A model generated the notes under the pieces. That model saw only the letters and a program-made list of their open reading frames with translations, did not search any database and was not told where the DNA came from. A stretch of 40,097 bases of DNA, from the NCBI GenBank assembly GCA_044222475.1, contig JBGANF010000073.1, positions 1 to 40,097 of the forward strand, given 5' to 3'. A program made the translations under genes and the position numbers. Shown here piece by piece: positions 28,298 through 38,815 of the stretch. Every line of letters begins with the position of its first letter. Within the stretch, counting starts at the first letter, position 1. The stretch comes from Polyangiaceae bacterium (GTDB lineage: Bacteria; Myxococcota_A; Polyangia; Polyangiales; Polyangiaceae).

Positions 28298-30820
28298 ATG
28301 CCCACTCCGCTGCCGATCGATCCGCTCCTCCCGGAGCTCGTCCGTCACGTCGAGGAGCACCCCGCGCTCGTCCTCGAGGCCCCACCGGGCGCCGGAAAGA
28401 CGACTCGCGTCCCTCCAGCGCTGCTCGGCGCCCGCGGGATCGGCGGGGAGATCGTCGTCCTCGAGCCGCGCCGGATCGCGACGCGCATGGCAGCCGCGCG
28501 CGTGGCCGAGGAGACCGGCACGCGGCTGGGGGATCTCGTCGGGTACACGGTGCGGTTCGACGACGTGTCGAGCGAGAAGACGCGGATCCGATTCGTGACC
28601 GAGGGTGTCCTCACTCGGCGGCTGCTCCGCGACCGCACGCTCGATCGCGTGAGCTGCGTCGTCCTCGACGAGTTCCACGAGCGCCACCTCCACGGAGACG
28701 TGGCGCTCGCGCTGTTGCGGCGCCTCCAGCTCGGCCCCAGACCGGACCTGAAGCTCGTGGTGATGTCGGCGACGCTCGATGCGTCGCACGTCGCGTCCCA
28801 TCTTGGGACGACCGCGATCCGCAGCGAAGGCAAGAGCTACGAGGTCGTGATCGAGCACGAGGACAAACCCGACGATCGGGCGCTCGAGCTGCGGGTCGCC
28901 AGCGCGGTGCGGCGCGCGCTCGAGGCAGACCAGGGCGACGTGCTCGTCTTCTTGCCGGGCGCCGCCGAGATCCGGCGCGCGGCGGAGGCATGCGCGAAGC
29001 TCGCCGAAGGCGCGAACGCCGTTCTGCTCCCGCTGCACGGCGAGCTCCCCCCGGCCGAGCAGGACCGGGCGGTGAAGCGGAGCGACCGCCGCAAGATCAT
29101 CCTCGCGACGAACGTCGCCGAGTCGAGCCTCACGATCGACGGCGTCACCGCGGTCGTCGACTCCGGGCTGGTCCGCCGCCCCGGGTTCGCGGCCTGGTCG
29201 GGCTTGCCCACCTTGCGCGTCGAGAAGACCAGCCGCGCGTCCGCGATCCAGCGTGCCGGTCGCGCAGGTCGCACTCGGCCGGGCCGCGCGATCCGGCTGT
29301 ACTCGCGCGCCGACTTCGAGTCGCGACCCCAGTACGACGTCCCCGAGATCGCCCGGATGGATCTCGCGCAGACGCTCCTCGAGCTCCGCGCGAGCGGCAT
29401 CGACGAGGTCCCGTGGCTGGATCCTCCGCCGCCGGCCGCCCTCGACGCCGCGCGGGCGCTTCTCCAGACCCTCGGAGCGCTCGACGCCGCCGGCGTGGCG
29501 ACGGCCTCCGGGAAGGAGCTGCTCCGATACCCCGCGCACCCTCGCCTCGCGCGGCTGATCGCGTTCGCTGCCGAGCACGGCATCGCCGAAGACGGGTGCG
29601 CCGCAGCCGCGGTGCTCGGCGAGCGCGAGATCCGCAGCGATCGCGGCGATCGCGACGCCCGCGGACGCCACGCGACCGAGCGCTCCGACGTGATCGCCCT
29701 CGTCGATCTCCTGCGCGAAGCCGAGGAGTCGTCGGACGTACGCCGCGGTCTTCGCTCCGTCGGTCTCGACGAGATGCGGGGCCAAGCCGCGCTGCGCGCA
29801 AAGCGCGAGCTGCTTCGAATCGTCCCAAAAAGGGACGTCCGGGCGCCCGGCACTCCCGAGGCCCACGACGCCGCGCTCGCCCAGGCGATCTGCGCCGGGT
29901 TCGCGGACCGCGTCGCGCGGCGCACTTCGGGCCGCACGTTCGCCCTCGCCGGAGGCGGCTCGGCCGAGCTCGCGGAGTCGAGCCTCGTGCGCGACGCGCC
30001 GTTCGTCGTCTGCGTGGACGCGGAATCGCGAGGCGCCGGAGGCGGCGGCAGGCCGGTGATCCGCCTCGCGAGCGCGATCGAGCCGGAGTGGCTCCTCGAC
30101 CTGTTGCCCGACGAGATCGCCGAGCGCGACGTCCTCGAGTGGAACGCCGAGCGCGGACGAGTCGAGACGATCTCGCGCCTCGAGTTTCGCGGCGTCGCGC
30201 TGAGCGAGACGCGCGCCCCCGCGACCCCGAGCGCGGCCGCCGGAGCGATCCTGTTCGATGCCGTGACGAAGCGCGGCGGTCTCGGCGGGTTCTCCGGCGG
30301 CGACCTCTCGGCGCGAGCCGCGTTCGCTCGCCGCTTCGATCCGACGCTCCCGGAGGTCGACGAGGCCGCGGCCAAGGCCGCGTTCGCCTCGCTGTGCGCG
30401 GAGCGCACGAGCCTCGACGAGCTCGAAGGGATCTCGCTCGACGACGCCATGCGAGGCTCGCTCGGCGCCGCCGCGAGCGCGCTCGATCGGCTCGCCCCCA
30501 CGAAGATCACGCTGCGGAGCACCCGAGTCGTGCCGGTGCACTACGAGGCCGGCAAGGACCCGTGGATCGAGTCGCGCCTCCAGGACTTCTTCGGCCAGCA
30601 GGCGACGCCGACCATCGCCGGCGGGAAGTTCAACCTCGTCGTCCACCTCCTCGCGCCCAACGCACGCGCGGTGCAGGTGACGACCGACCTCGCGGGGTTC
30701 TGGGCGCGCCACTACCCGACGATCCGCAAGGAGCTGATGCGGAAGTACCCGCGCCACGCCTGGCCGGACGACCCGCTCACTGCGGAGCCGCAGCTGAAGC
30801 CCGCGCCGCGGCGGCGTTGA
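28298..30820 (+). CDS. hrpB: ATP-dependent DEAH-box RNA helicase HrpB
   Basis: LPID, APPGAGKTT, EPRRIA, DEFHER, MSAT, ATNVAESSLTI, QRAGRAGR, and the HrpB tail LLAPNAR.VQVT.DL..FW...Y...RKYPRHAWP. Confidence 0.96.
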   Translation: MPTPLPIDPLLPELVRHVEEHPALVLEAPPGAGKTTRVPPALLGARGIGGEIVVLEPRRIATRMAAARVAEETGTRLGDLVGYTVRFDDVSSEKTRIRFVTEGVLTRRLLRDRTLDRVSCVVLDEFHERHLHGDVALALLRRLQLGPRPDLKLVVMSATLDASHVASHLGTTAIRSEGKSYEVVIEHEDKPDDRALELRVASAVRRALEADQGDVLVFLPGAAEIRRAAEACAKLAEGANAVLLPLHGELPPAEQDRAVKRSDRRKIILATNVAESSLTIDGVTAVVDSGLVRRPGFAAWSGLPTLRVEKTSRASAIQRAGRAGRTRPGRAIRLYSRADFESRPQYDVPEIARMDLAQTLLELRASGIDEVPWLDPPPPAALDAARALLQTLGALDAAGVATASGKELLRYPAHPRLARLIAFAAEHGIAEDGCAAAAVLGEREIRSDRGDRDARGRHATERSDVIALVDLLREAEESSDVRRGLRSVGLDEMRGQAALRAKRELLRIVPKRDVRAPGTPEAHDAALAQAICAGFADRVARRTSGRTFALAGGGSAELAESSLVRDAPFVVCVDAESRGAGGGGRPVIRLASAIEPEWLLDLLPDEIAERDVLEWNAERGRVETISRLEFRGVALSETRAPATPSAAAGAILFDAVTKRGGLGGFSGGDLSARAAFARRFDPTLPEVDEAAAKAAFASLCAERTSLDELEGISLDDAMRGSLGAAASALDRLAPTKITLRSTRVVPVHYEAGKDPWIESRLQDFFGQQATPTIAGGKFNLVVHLLAPNARAVQVTTDLAGFWARHYPTIRKELMRKYPRHAWPDDPLTAEPQLKPAPRRR

Positions 30821-30836
30821 GGTACACACCATCATC

Positions 30837-31700
30837 ATGGTCTCCGCCCGCGACACTTGGCTGATCCAGCTCCGCGCCCAGAGAGCGGCCGCGCGGGCGA
30901 TCGCTCTTTTCGCGGCCGAAGGGATCGACGCGCTCCCGGTGAAGGGCGTCGTCACGTCGCGCACGCTCTACCCGGACGTGGCAGAGCGAATCCTCACCGA
31001 CGTCGACCTCAAGATCCGGCCGAGCGACTTCCGCCGAGCCTTGCGTCTCGTGCAGCGCGAAGGATTCCCGCTCCTGCAGCTCCTTCGCACCTACGGGAAC
31101 TTCGTCTTCTCGATCGATGGCGTCCCGGTCGACGTCGAGACGACGGCGAGCGTTCCGGGCCTGTGCGCGCTCGGCGTCGACACGATGATCGCGCGCGCGA
31201 CACCGAGCGATCTGCTCGGCGTGCCCCACCTGCTCCCCGATCTCCACGACCACGCGGTGGTGCTTCTCCTCAACGTGTTCAAGGACAAGCTCGTCCACGC
31301 GTTTCGTTGGGCGGTGCGAGACGTCGAGCTCCTCGGCGCGCGCGTCGACGCGACGACGCTCGTTGCGCGCCTGGGCGAGGCCTCGGCGCTCAGCATGGGC
31401 TACGTCGTGGCGCGGTGGATGGCCAGCCGGGGCGACCAGCAGTGGCGCGCGCTCGGCGACGCCATCGGCGAACGCGTCCCGCGGATGGCGTATGCCCGCG
31501 CACACGAAGCGTTGCTGCGTGACGTCTCCTACGATGCGCTGAAGCTGCGGATGCACTCGCGCTTCGGCGCCGACTCGCCGGCGCTGCGCGCGACCGCCCT
31601 GGTCCGAGCTGCGGCGTGCTCGCTCGAGATCGCTCTTTCCCGCTTCGGGTCGACGCCTTACCGGCGGAGCAGCCTGTCGGACGACGTCCTACCGGACTGA
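30837..31700 (+). CDS. Nucleotidyltransferase family protein (NTP_transf_5-like)
   Basis: GIDALPVKG...LYP...R..TDVDL...VDV...DV pattern. Confidence 0.75.
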   Translation: MVSARDTWLIQLRAQRAAARAIALFAAEGIDALPVKGVVTSRTLYPDVAERILTDVDLKIRPSDFRRALRLVQREGFPLLQLLRTYGNFVFSIDGVPVDVETTASVPGLCALGVDTMIARATPSDLLGVPHLLPDLHDHAVVLLLNVFKDKLVHAFRWAVRDVELLGARVDATTLVARLGEASALSMGYVVARWMASRGDQQWRALGDAIGERVPRMAYARAHEALLRDVSYDALKLRMHSRFGADSPALRATALVRAAACSLEIALSRFGSTPYRRSSLSDDVLPD

Positions 31701-31748
31701 GACACGTTGTGCTACCTTCTCCCACCCCATCCGTCCCCGGATGAACTC

Positions 31749-31758
31749 GGGGGGGGGG
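31749..31758 (+). repeat. G10 homopolymer in the leader of the dehydratase gene
   Basis: Ten consecutive G ending 22 nt upstream of GTG 31781. Confidence 0.85.
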
Positions 31759-31780
31759 CGCGGGCACCGGATCGTTCACC

Positions 31781-33697
31781 GTGAAGAGCATCATCGTCAC
31801 CTATCGCCGGCTGTTCGTGATCGTGGCGCACCTCCTCATGTGGAGCGCCTCGCTGGTCAGCGCGTTTTTGCTCCGGTTCGAGTTCCACCCGCCGACCTAC
31901 TACGTCCACACGATGCCGGTGTGGCTGGCAGAGATCCTCGCCGCCCGCCTCGTCGTTCACTACGTGCTCGGCCTCTTCAGCGGACTTTGGCGCTACTCGA
32001 GCTCGCGCGATCTCATCGCGCTCGTCAAGGGAGCCACGATCTCGACCGCTGTCTTCACACTGGTCGTGCTCTTCCTCGGTCCCTCAGGCCTGCCGCGCAC
32101 GGTCGTCATCATGGACTGGCTCGGCAGCATCGTGATCGTGGGCGGCGTTCGTTTCAGCACCCGCGCGATCCGCGAGATCGCGGTCAACGCCGCGAAGGCG
32201 CCGCAAGGCGTCCGCCGCCGCATCCTCGTGATCGGCGCAGGCGACGCCGGCGAGACGCTCGTCCGCGAGATCATGCGCAACTACGCCGCCAAGTACGAGG
32301 TCGTCGCCTTCGTCGACGACAGCCGCGCGAAGGTCGGCGAGCGCATCCACGGCATCCCGGTGTTCGGGCCGATCAGCACGATCCCCGATCTCGTGACCGC
32401 GAACCAGGTCGACGAGATCATCCTCGCGATCCCGACGCTGTCAGGCAAGGAGATGCGTCCGATCGTCGACCTGTGCCGCGGCACCGGCGCGAGCATCCGC
32501 ACAGTCCCGGCGACCGACCGCATCATCGACGGCCGCGTCACGATGAGCCAGCTCCAGGCGGTCAAGATCGAGGACCTCCTCGGCCGGGAGGCGGTCGTGC
32601 TCGACGCCGAGCGCATCAGCCACTTCGTCCGCGGTAGGGTCGTGCTCGTGACCGGCGCGGGAGGGAGCATCGGCTCCGAGCTCTGCCGTCAGATCGCCCG
32701 GTTCGGTCCGAGTCGCCTCCTGTTGGTCGAGCAGGCCGAGAACAACCTGTTCCACATCCACCGCCACCTCGTGCGCGAGTTCCCCGACGTGCCGGTGGTG
32801 CCCTGCATCGCCGACATCTGCGACTCGCGGCGCCTCGAGGCGATCTTCATCGACGAGAAGCCGCACGTCGTCTTCCACGCGGCCGCGCACAAGCACGTGC
32901 CGATGATGGAGGAGAACCCGGGCGAGGCGATCAAGAACAACGTGTTCGGGACGAAGAAGCTGGCGGACCTGTCCGACGCGCACGGCGTCGACAAGTTCGT
33001 CATGGTCTCGACCGACAAGGCCGTGAACCCGACGTCGGTGATGGGCGTCTCGAAGCGCACCGCCGAGATCTACGTCCAAGCGCTCTCGCAGAGGAGCAAG
33101 ACGCACTTCGTGACGGTTCGCTTCGGCAACGTCCTCGGCAGCGCGGGGAGCGTCATCCCGCTCTTCCAAGAGCAGATCGCCGCGGGCGGCCCGGTCACCG
33201 TCACTCACCCCGAGATGAAGCGCTACTTCATGACCATCCCCGAGGCCTGCCAGCTCATCCTCCAGGCCGGGGCGATGGGCAGCGGCGGTCAGATCTTCGT
33301 CCTCGACATGGGCGAGCCGGTGAAGATCGTCGACCTCGCGCGCGATCTCATCAGCCTGTCGGGCCTCGTGCCGGGCGAAGACATCGAGATCAAGTTCACC
33401 GGCATGCGCCCGGGCGAGAAGCTCTTCGAGGAGCTCGCCACCGATGACGAGAACGCCGAGAAGACCACCCACCCGAAGATCTTCGTCGGGCGGTTCCGCC
33501 CGTACGAGTGGGCGCGCGTGGAGCAAGCGTTCGCCGAGCTCCATCGGCTGTCCGACGGCGCCGACCGCGAGGCGATCAAGCGCGCGTTCGCGGATCTCGT
33601 GCCCGAGTACAGCGGCGCGCGCCCCAAGGAAGAGCCCGCCGAGCGCCGGACGCCGGCGCCCGCCGAGCGGCGCAGCGAGCCTCGCCTCCTCAACTAG
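31781..33697 (+). CDS. Membrane-bound nucleoside-diphosphate sugar 4,6-dehydratase (CapD/WbpM/PglF family)
   Basis: Four N-terminal TM helices, IGAGDAG, EDLLGR, TGAGGSIGSELCRQ, HAAAHKHVP, STDKAVNPTSVMG, RFGNVLGS, RPGEKLFEEL. Confidence 0.96.
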   Translation: MKSIIVTYRRLFVIVAHLLMWSASLVSAFLLRFEFHPPTYYVHTMPVWLAEILAARLVVHYVLGLFSGLWRYSSSRDLIALVKGATISTAVFTLVVLFLGPSGLPRTVVIMDWLGSIVIVGGVRFSTRAIREIAVNAAKAPQGVRRRILVIGAGDAGETLVREIMRNYAAKYEVVAFVDDSRAKVGERIHGIPVFGPISTIPDLVTANQVDEIILAIPTLSGKEMRPIVDLCRGTGASIRTVPATDRIIDGRVTMSQLQAVKIEDLLGREAVVLDAERISHFVRGRVVLVTGAGGSIGSELCRQIARFGPSRLLLVEQAENNLFHIHRHLVREFPDVPVVPCIADICDSRRLEAIFIDEKPHVVFHAAAHKHVPMMEENPGEAIKNNVFGTKKLADLSDAHGVDKFVMVSTDKAVNPTSVMGVSKRTAEIYVQALSQRSKTHFVTVRFGNVLGSAGSVIPLFQEQIAAGGPVTVTHPEMKRYFMTIPEACQLILQAGAMGSGGQIFVLDMGEPVKIVDLARDLISLSGLVPGEDIEIKFTGMRPGEKLFEELATDDENAEKTTHPKIFVGRFRPYEWARVEQAFAELHRLSDGADREAIKRAFADLVPEYSGARPKEEPAERRTPAPAERRSEPRLLN

Positions 33698-33708
33698 AGC
33701 CGGTCGGG

Positions 33709-36192
33709 TCAGGGCCCGGCGACGATCTTCCCGCGCTCGTCGTCGGCGAGCGCACGGTAGCGCGCCGTCGCCGGATGCCGTTGCGCGAGGTCCGCGTAGA
33801 TCGATGACGCCTCCGAGTGGAGGCCGGCCGCTGACGCTGCGCCGGCGGCGCGCTCGGCCACGGCCTCGTCGTCCGGAGCGGCGAGGTGCGCGCGCCGCAG
33901 GAACGCGAGCGCACGGAGCCGGTTGCCGCGCTGCTCTTCGAGCGCCGCGGCCGCTAAGAGGTTGTCGGTGCACGAGACGCCGGCTCCACAGGGGCTCCGG
34001 CTCAACGCTTCGATGGCGCTGCTCGCCTCCTCGGGCATGTCGGACGCGATGGCGAGCTCGGCGAGCTTGCGCTGGCACTCGGCGCGATCGGTCACCGCAT
34101 CGGCGGCCTTGCGCAGGGAATCGATGGCGCCCCGCTTGTCCCCGGTCGCTGCGGTGAGCTGGGCATCGAGCGCGAACCCGGCGCACTCGTTCGGGGCGAC
34201 CGCCTCGATGCTCGCGACGAGGGCCCTCGCCTCGTCGACGCACGCCTTCGGCGCCGCGTCGCACCACGGCTCGCGACCGACATACGCGATCGCCCGGCCT
34301 GCGAGGCGGAGCAGGGCGGTTTTCGCCTTCGGGTCGCGCGCCACGATCTCGGCGTCGATGCGGGCCTGCGTCGCGGGCATGCGATCGCTCATGCTGAGGG
34401 AGAGAGCATCGAGCAGCGGCACCCCGGCGGTCCCGCTCGGTACGACCTCGATGGCCGCTTCGTACGATCCCACGAGCGGAGCGACCTCCTTCACGGGCGG
34501 GCTCGTGCCTCCCTGCTCGGCGTAGATCCGATATTCGAGGCGCGCTTGCGACGGGGACCGACGGCGAAGCCACCGCGCGAGAACCAAGTGCGCGGGCGCG
34601 TAGATGGGAGCGCGTTCGAGGGTGCGCTCGACCCACGGCATCACGTTGCCCGCGTCCCCTTTCGAGAGCTGCCACTCGGCCCCGATGTACGAGAAGTAGG
34701 GCTCGGCGGGATGATCGAGCATCGCGCGGCGGAGGCGCGGACGAAACACCTCGTCCGGTGCGTCGTCCGCGCGAAGCTGGTGGAGCGCAGCGCGGTCGTC
34801 GAGGAGCTCGCCGCCGCGCGCGAAGAACGCGACGCCGGCACCCACCAGCCCGAGCGCCGCGCCCACCGCGACGAGCTTGGGGCGGGATGCCCAGCGATCG
34901 ACCAGGGCGAGCTTCTCGCTGCGAGCAGACCCGGCGGTCGCGAGCGCCGCGCACACGGCGAGCGCGAGCGCGATCGCCGGAATCTCCAGGCTGTAGTCGA
35001 CCAGGTTGTGGAGCACGATCGCGACGATCACCGCCCAAGCACCGATTGGAGCGTTGCTGCGCGCGGCGATCGTCCGCGGGCGAAGAGCGTATGCGAGCGC
35101 GGCGAACCCGACGACGGACGCGATGACGCCCCACTCGGAGATCCATTGGCCCACGAGGTTTTCGGGGTGCGACCACACGACGTAGCCGCCGCCGGTGCGG
35201 AACTCGGGGAACGCCTGCTCGAACGCGCCGCGCCCCGCGCCGAAGAACGGGTAGGCGGGCATCATGCGGGTGAGCACGTCGCGGGTGATGCCGAGCTTCG
35301 ACGTATCGGTGTCGGTCAGCCCCTGGAGTGCGGCGGGCGTCGCGGCGAGCACGAGCATCGCGACCCCGGCGAACGCGAGGGTCAACGGGAGTGCGACGTT
35401 CACCAGACGAGTCACCTTGTTGCGCGCGCGGAGCAGACCCACGAGAGTCGCGGCCGCGAGCATCGCCCCGACGCCGCCGCGAGACGCGTACCAAAACTCG
35501 GCCGCACCGAGGAGCAGGATCATGCTCGCGAGGATGGGCCGAGGCAGCATCGGACTGCGCGAGAGCATCGACGCCAGGCACAGGATCAGCGCGACGTTGG
35601 CGAACGCCGCGAGGTGGTTCATGTTGAGCAGCGGCGCGATGCTCGTCACATCGGTGCGAGGGCGGTAGAAGCCGTAGACGCGGTCGATGCCGAAGGCGTA
35701 GTGCACGGCAGCTGCGAGGGTGACGAGCGTCCCGGCGGCGACGAGGCTGCGCTCGAGCAGGACCGCACCTTCGCGGTGCCACGCGACCCGCAGGGCGGCG
35801 AGGAAGGTGGCGAGGTAGACGACGCCGCGCATCGCCTCGATGCGCGTCGCGGTCGGGTCGAGCGACAGCGTGATCCAGCTCGGCCCCTCCTCGCCGAGCG
35901 GCCGGAGCGCCCTGCTCCACACGTCGGCAGCGTGCGGGGAAAGCGCGCCGACGACCCCACGCGGGAGCGGCACGCACTGCAGACACGTCAGCACCGCGAG
36001 GCCCAGCGCGACCCAGAGCACGATGGAGGCGACCCGTCGCGGCTCGAGGGAGTCGGCGTCCCACCACGACAAGAACGCGGAAGCGCACGTGACCACCGCG
36101 AGGGCGAGAAGAACCGGCGTGTCCACGGCGCCCATCGCGAGCGCCGATCCGACGATGGCAATCACGAGGAGGACCGTAGCTGACCTCTGCAA
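33709..36192 (-). CDS. O-antigen ligase (Wzy_C/WaaL-like) membrane protein with C-terminal TPR region
   Basis: About 12 TM helices, NMNHLA, SRGG, PFFGAGRGAF, HPEN...E.G and LHNLVDYSL, followed by helical repeats. TTG start. Confidence 0.88.
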   Translation of the reverse strand: MQRSATVLLVIAIVGSALAMGAVDTPVLLALAVVTCASAFLSWWDADSLEPRRVASIVLWVALGLAVLTCLQCVPLPRGVVGALSPHAADVWSRALRPLGEEGPSWITLSLDPTATRIEAMRGVVYLATFLAALRVAWHREGAVLLERSLVAAGTLVTLAAAVHYAFGIDRVYGFYRPRTDVTSIAPLLNMNHLAAFANVALILCLASMLSRSPMLPRPILASMILLLGAAEFWYASRGGVGAMLAAATLVGLLRARNKVTRLVNVALPLTLAFAGVAMLVLAATPAALQGLTDTDTSKLGITRDVLTRMMPAYPFFGAGRGAFEQAFPEFRTGGGYVVWSHPENLVGQWISEWGVIASVVGFAALAYALRPRTIAARSNAPIGAWAVIVAIVLHNLVDYSLEIPAIALALAVCAALATAGSARSEKLALVDRWASRPKLVAVGAALGLVGAGVAFFARGGELLDDRAALHQLRADDAPDEVFRPRLRRAMLDHPAEPYFSYIGAEWQLSKGDAGNVMPWVERTLERAPIYAPAHLVLARWLRRRSPSQARLEYRIYAEQGGTSPPVKEVAPLVGSYEAAIEVVPSGTAGVPLLDALSLSMSDRMPATQARIDAEIVARDPKAKTALLRLAGRAIAYVGREPWCDAAPKACVDEARALVASIEAVAPNECAGFALDAQLTAATGDKRGAIDSLRKAADAVTDRAECQRKLAELAIASDMPEEASSAIEALSRSPCGAGVSCTDNLLAAAALEEQRGNRLRALAFLRRAHLAAPDDEAVAERAAGAASAAGLHSEASSIYADLAQRHPATARYRALADDERGKIVAGP

Positions 36193-36223
36193 GCAACCTC
36201 TCTGCGCGCCTCGGGCGAGGACG

Positions 36224-37141
36224 CTACTGAATCACGATTCCGTAGCGCTTGGCGGCGTAGGCATTCAACTGGGAGATCTCCGTGTCGCTGAGCTGGCGGG
36301 AGTACAGGGCGAACTCGGCGATGTAGCCCCCGAAGCTAACGTTGAAGCCGCCGGCGTACGCACCGAGCGTAAGACCCTCGATGGAGCTCACGGGCCCGGG
36401 GGAGGCCATTCCAGCATCGCCGCGGTTGGAGTTGAGCAGAATGAAGCTGTTGGCACCGTTGTAAACGGCGGTGATGGCCATCGGCTTCGTCAGCGGCCCC
36501 ACGGAAGCCTTCCCGTTCGACGGAGCGACTTGATACAGGCGGCCGTCACTGAACACCGTCATGCCGTGCTGGGCGTTCTTGTTGTTGGAGTCGAAGAGGT
36601 AGTTTGGGTTGGTGAACGGAGGGTCCTTGCCTGCGATCAGAAACACGGTGGTCGGATCCGGAAGCGGGGCGGCAAGCTTCCCCGTGCGGAGACCTTGACC
36701 GTTGGCGAAGAAGACCGCTGCGAAGCCCGGGTTGATGACACTCGGAGGTGCGAAGGTCGCGGCGATGCCACCGTCGGGGTCGGGATACGTCCCCGGGAAG
36801 GCATTTCTCGTCGGGTCATCTTTGCCCGATTGGTCATCCCATCTCCACCACGACGCCCGAGTCGACGACGATCCCTCGTCCGCGCGAAACAAAGTCGAGG
36901 TCTGGCTGTTCGGTTCGGGTCACCGCGGACCGCGTCCACCACGTCGGACGTCTCGGCGTCGTAGTGGGATCCTGCTTGTGGCCGTCCAGACGCCGGCCTC
37001 GACCGTGGCGTCGGGGAGGGTGCTCGCGTCGTCGCTGAGGGTCCCTGATTGCTCTCGATCGCAGGCGACCGCCACCAGCAGCGCCGAGACGAGCGGGGCG
37101 CCGACCGCCACCCCACGACGAGTCGTCCTGGTCCACATCAT
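36224..37141 (-). CDS. Lipoprotein with a LamG/concanavalin-like domain; frameshifted in this sequence
   Basis: Lipobox AVAC in ORF 36920-37210; FRADEG...WDDQSG and GYIAEFALYSRQLS...YAAKRYGI in ORF 36224-36892. The pieces are split over different frames. Confidence 0.6.
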
Positions 37142-37245
37142 CGAGGGCGAGCCTAGCAGACCGCAGGGGCGCGGCGGTTCCTGAATGCACCTTGCGCTCT
37201 TCGCATCCAAGTGGCAGAAAGCCGGTCCTCCGCTTTGGGAAATCG

Positions 37246-38193
37246 ATGAAGAACTTCGGCGTGATCGGCGTGGGCGGCTTCATCCCACCTCGCTGCCACC
37301 TCAAGGCGATCCGCGACACGGGCAACCGGCTCGTTGCAGCCTGCGATCCCAAGGACTCGGTCGGCCAGCTCGACCAGTTCACGTTCGACGTCCGGTTCTT
37401 CACCGAGATCGAGCGCTTCGACCGCTACCTCGACAAGCTCCGCCGGGGTCCCGAGGAGGGACGCCTCCACTTCCTCAGCGTCTGCACCCCCAACTACTTG
37501 CATGATGCACATTGCCGGCTCGGGCTCCGGCTCGGCGCCGACGTCATCTGCGAGAAGCCGCTCGTCGTGAACCCGTGGAACCTCGACGCGCTCGCCGAGA
37601 TCGAAGAGGAGACCGGCAAGCGCGTGTACTCGGTGCTCCAACTCCGTCTCCACGAGAAGCTGGTCGAGCTGCGAGAGAAGCTGGTCAAGGAGCGCGGCGG
37701 CCCCAAGCGCGAGGTCGTTCTCACGTACATCACGGCCCGCGGGCCTTGGTACGACGTGTCGTGGAAGGGCGTCGAGGACAAGTCCGGCGGGATCCCCGCC
37801 AACATCGGGGTCCACTTCTTCGACATGCTCCTCTGGATGTTCGGCCCGGTCGAGGGTGCCAAAGTCCACCTCAAGGAGCCGCGCCGTTGGGCCGGGATGA
37901 TCGAGCTCGAACATGCCCGCGTGCGGTGGTTCTTGTCGGTCGACGCGAAGGATCTCCCCTTCCCCCTGAAGCCCGGCGGCAAGACGACGTTCCGCTCGAT
38001 CACGGTCGATGGCACCGAGGTCGAGTTCTCGGAGGGGTTCACCGATCTCCACACCCGCGTCTACGAGCAGGTCCTCGCCGGCAAGGGCTTCGGGCTCAAG
38101 GACGCTCGCCCCGCGATCCAGCTCGTCTACGACATCCGCCAACTCCCGGTCACCGCCGCCGGAACGGACGCGCACCCCTCGCTCGGTCGCTGA
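37246..38193 (+). CDS. wbpB: Gfo/Idh/MocA oxidoreductase, WbpB-like UDP-GlcNAcA 3-dehydrogenase
   Basis: [58 protein letters not shown]. Confidence 0.88.
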   Translation: MKNFGVIGVGGFIPPRCHLKAIRDTGNRLVAACDPKDSVGQLDQFTFDVRFFTEIERFDRYLDKLRRGPEEGRLHFLSVCTPNYLHDAHCRLGLRLGADVICEKPLVVNPWNLDALAEIEEETGKRVYSVLQLRLHEKLVELREKLVKERGGPKREVVLTYITARGPWYDVSWKGVEDKSGGIPANIGVHFFDMLLWMFGPVEGAKVHLKEPRRWAGMIELEHARVRWFLSVDAKDLPFPLKPGGKTTFRSITVDGTEVEFSEGFTDLHTRVYEQVLAGKGFGLKDARPAIQLVYDIRQLPVTAAGTDAHPSLGR

Positions 38194-38194
38194 C

Positions 38195-38815
38195 ATGTCC
38201 GAGCGCCCCTACTTCGTCCACGAGAGCGCCTACGTCGACGAGCCGGCGACGATCGGTCCGCGCACGAAGATCTGGCACTTCTGCCACGTGATGAAGGGCG
38301 CGGAGATCGGCCCGGACTGCAACCTGGGGCAGAACGTCCTCGTGGCGAGCGGCGTGAAGATCGGGCGCGGCGTGAAGATCCAGAACAACGTCTCGCTCTA
38401 CGAAGGCGTCGAGCTCGGCGACTACGTGTTCTGCGGCCCCTCGTGCGTGTTCACCAACGTCGTGAACCCACGCGGCGAGATCGTGCGCAAGAACGAGTAC
38501 AAAACTCCACGAAGGTCGGCTGCGGCGCCGCGGATCGGCGCGAACGCAACGATCAGCGCAAGCCACCATCGGCCGTTACGTTCCTCGCGGCCGGCGCAGT
38601 TGTGACCGCCGGCGTGGTGCCCGACTACGCGCTGATGGCCGGCGTACCGGCCAAGCGCATCGGCTGGATGAGCCGCCACGGCTTCAAGCTGCCGCCGCCC
38701 AACGCCGAGGGGATCCTCGTTTGTCCCAACTCGGGATTCCGAGCACCGAGGTGGAACCCAACGTCCTGCGCCGGCCCCAGACCGCGACGAAGACGCGCCG
38801 CTGGAGGCCTCGTGA
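38195..38815 (+). CDS. wbpD: Hexapeptide N-acetyltransferase, WbpD-like; frameshifted in this sequence
   Basis: [40 protein letters not shown]. Continues in another frame as AAGAVV...[17 protein letters not shown]...CP. End approximate. Confidence 0.8.

Noticed and set aside
27221..30964. 1247-aa ORF that looks like a giant MurB fusion
   Set aside because: Only 27221-28267 is MurB. The rest is the stop-free antisense shadow of hrpB, as expected in high-GC DNA.
30837..31700. Lasso-peptide cluster suggested by the NTP_transf_5-like gene
   Set aside because: No lasso cyclase, B1/B2 proteins or precursor is visible in the window.
32441..36196. 1251-aa minus-strand ORF and the many other Arg-rich long ORFs (for example 5807-8308, 5815-8382, 3893-6016, 12325-14367)
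   Set aside because: Shadow or alternative frames of well-supported genes, with no recognisable motifs.
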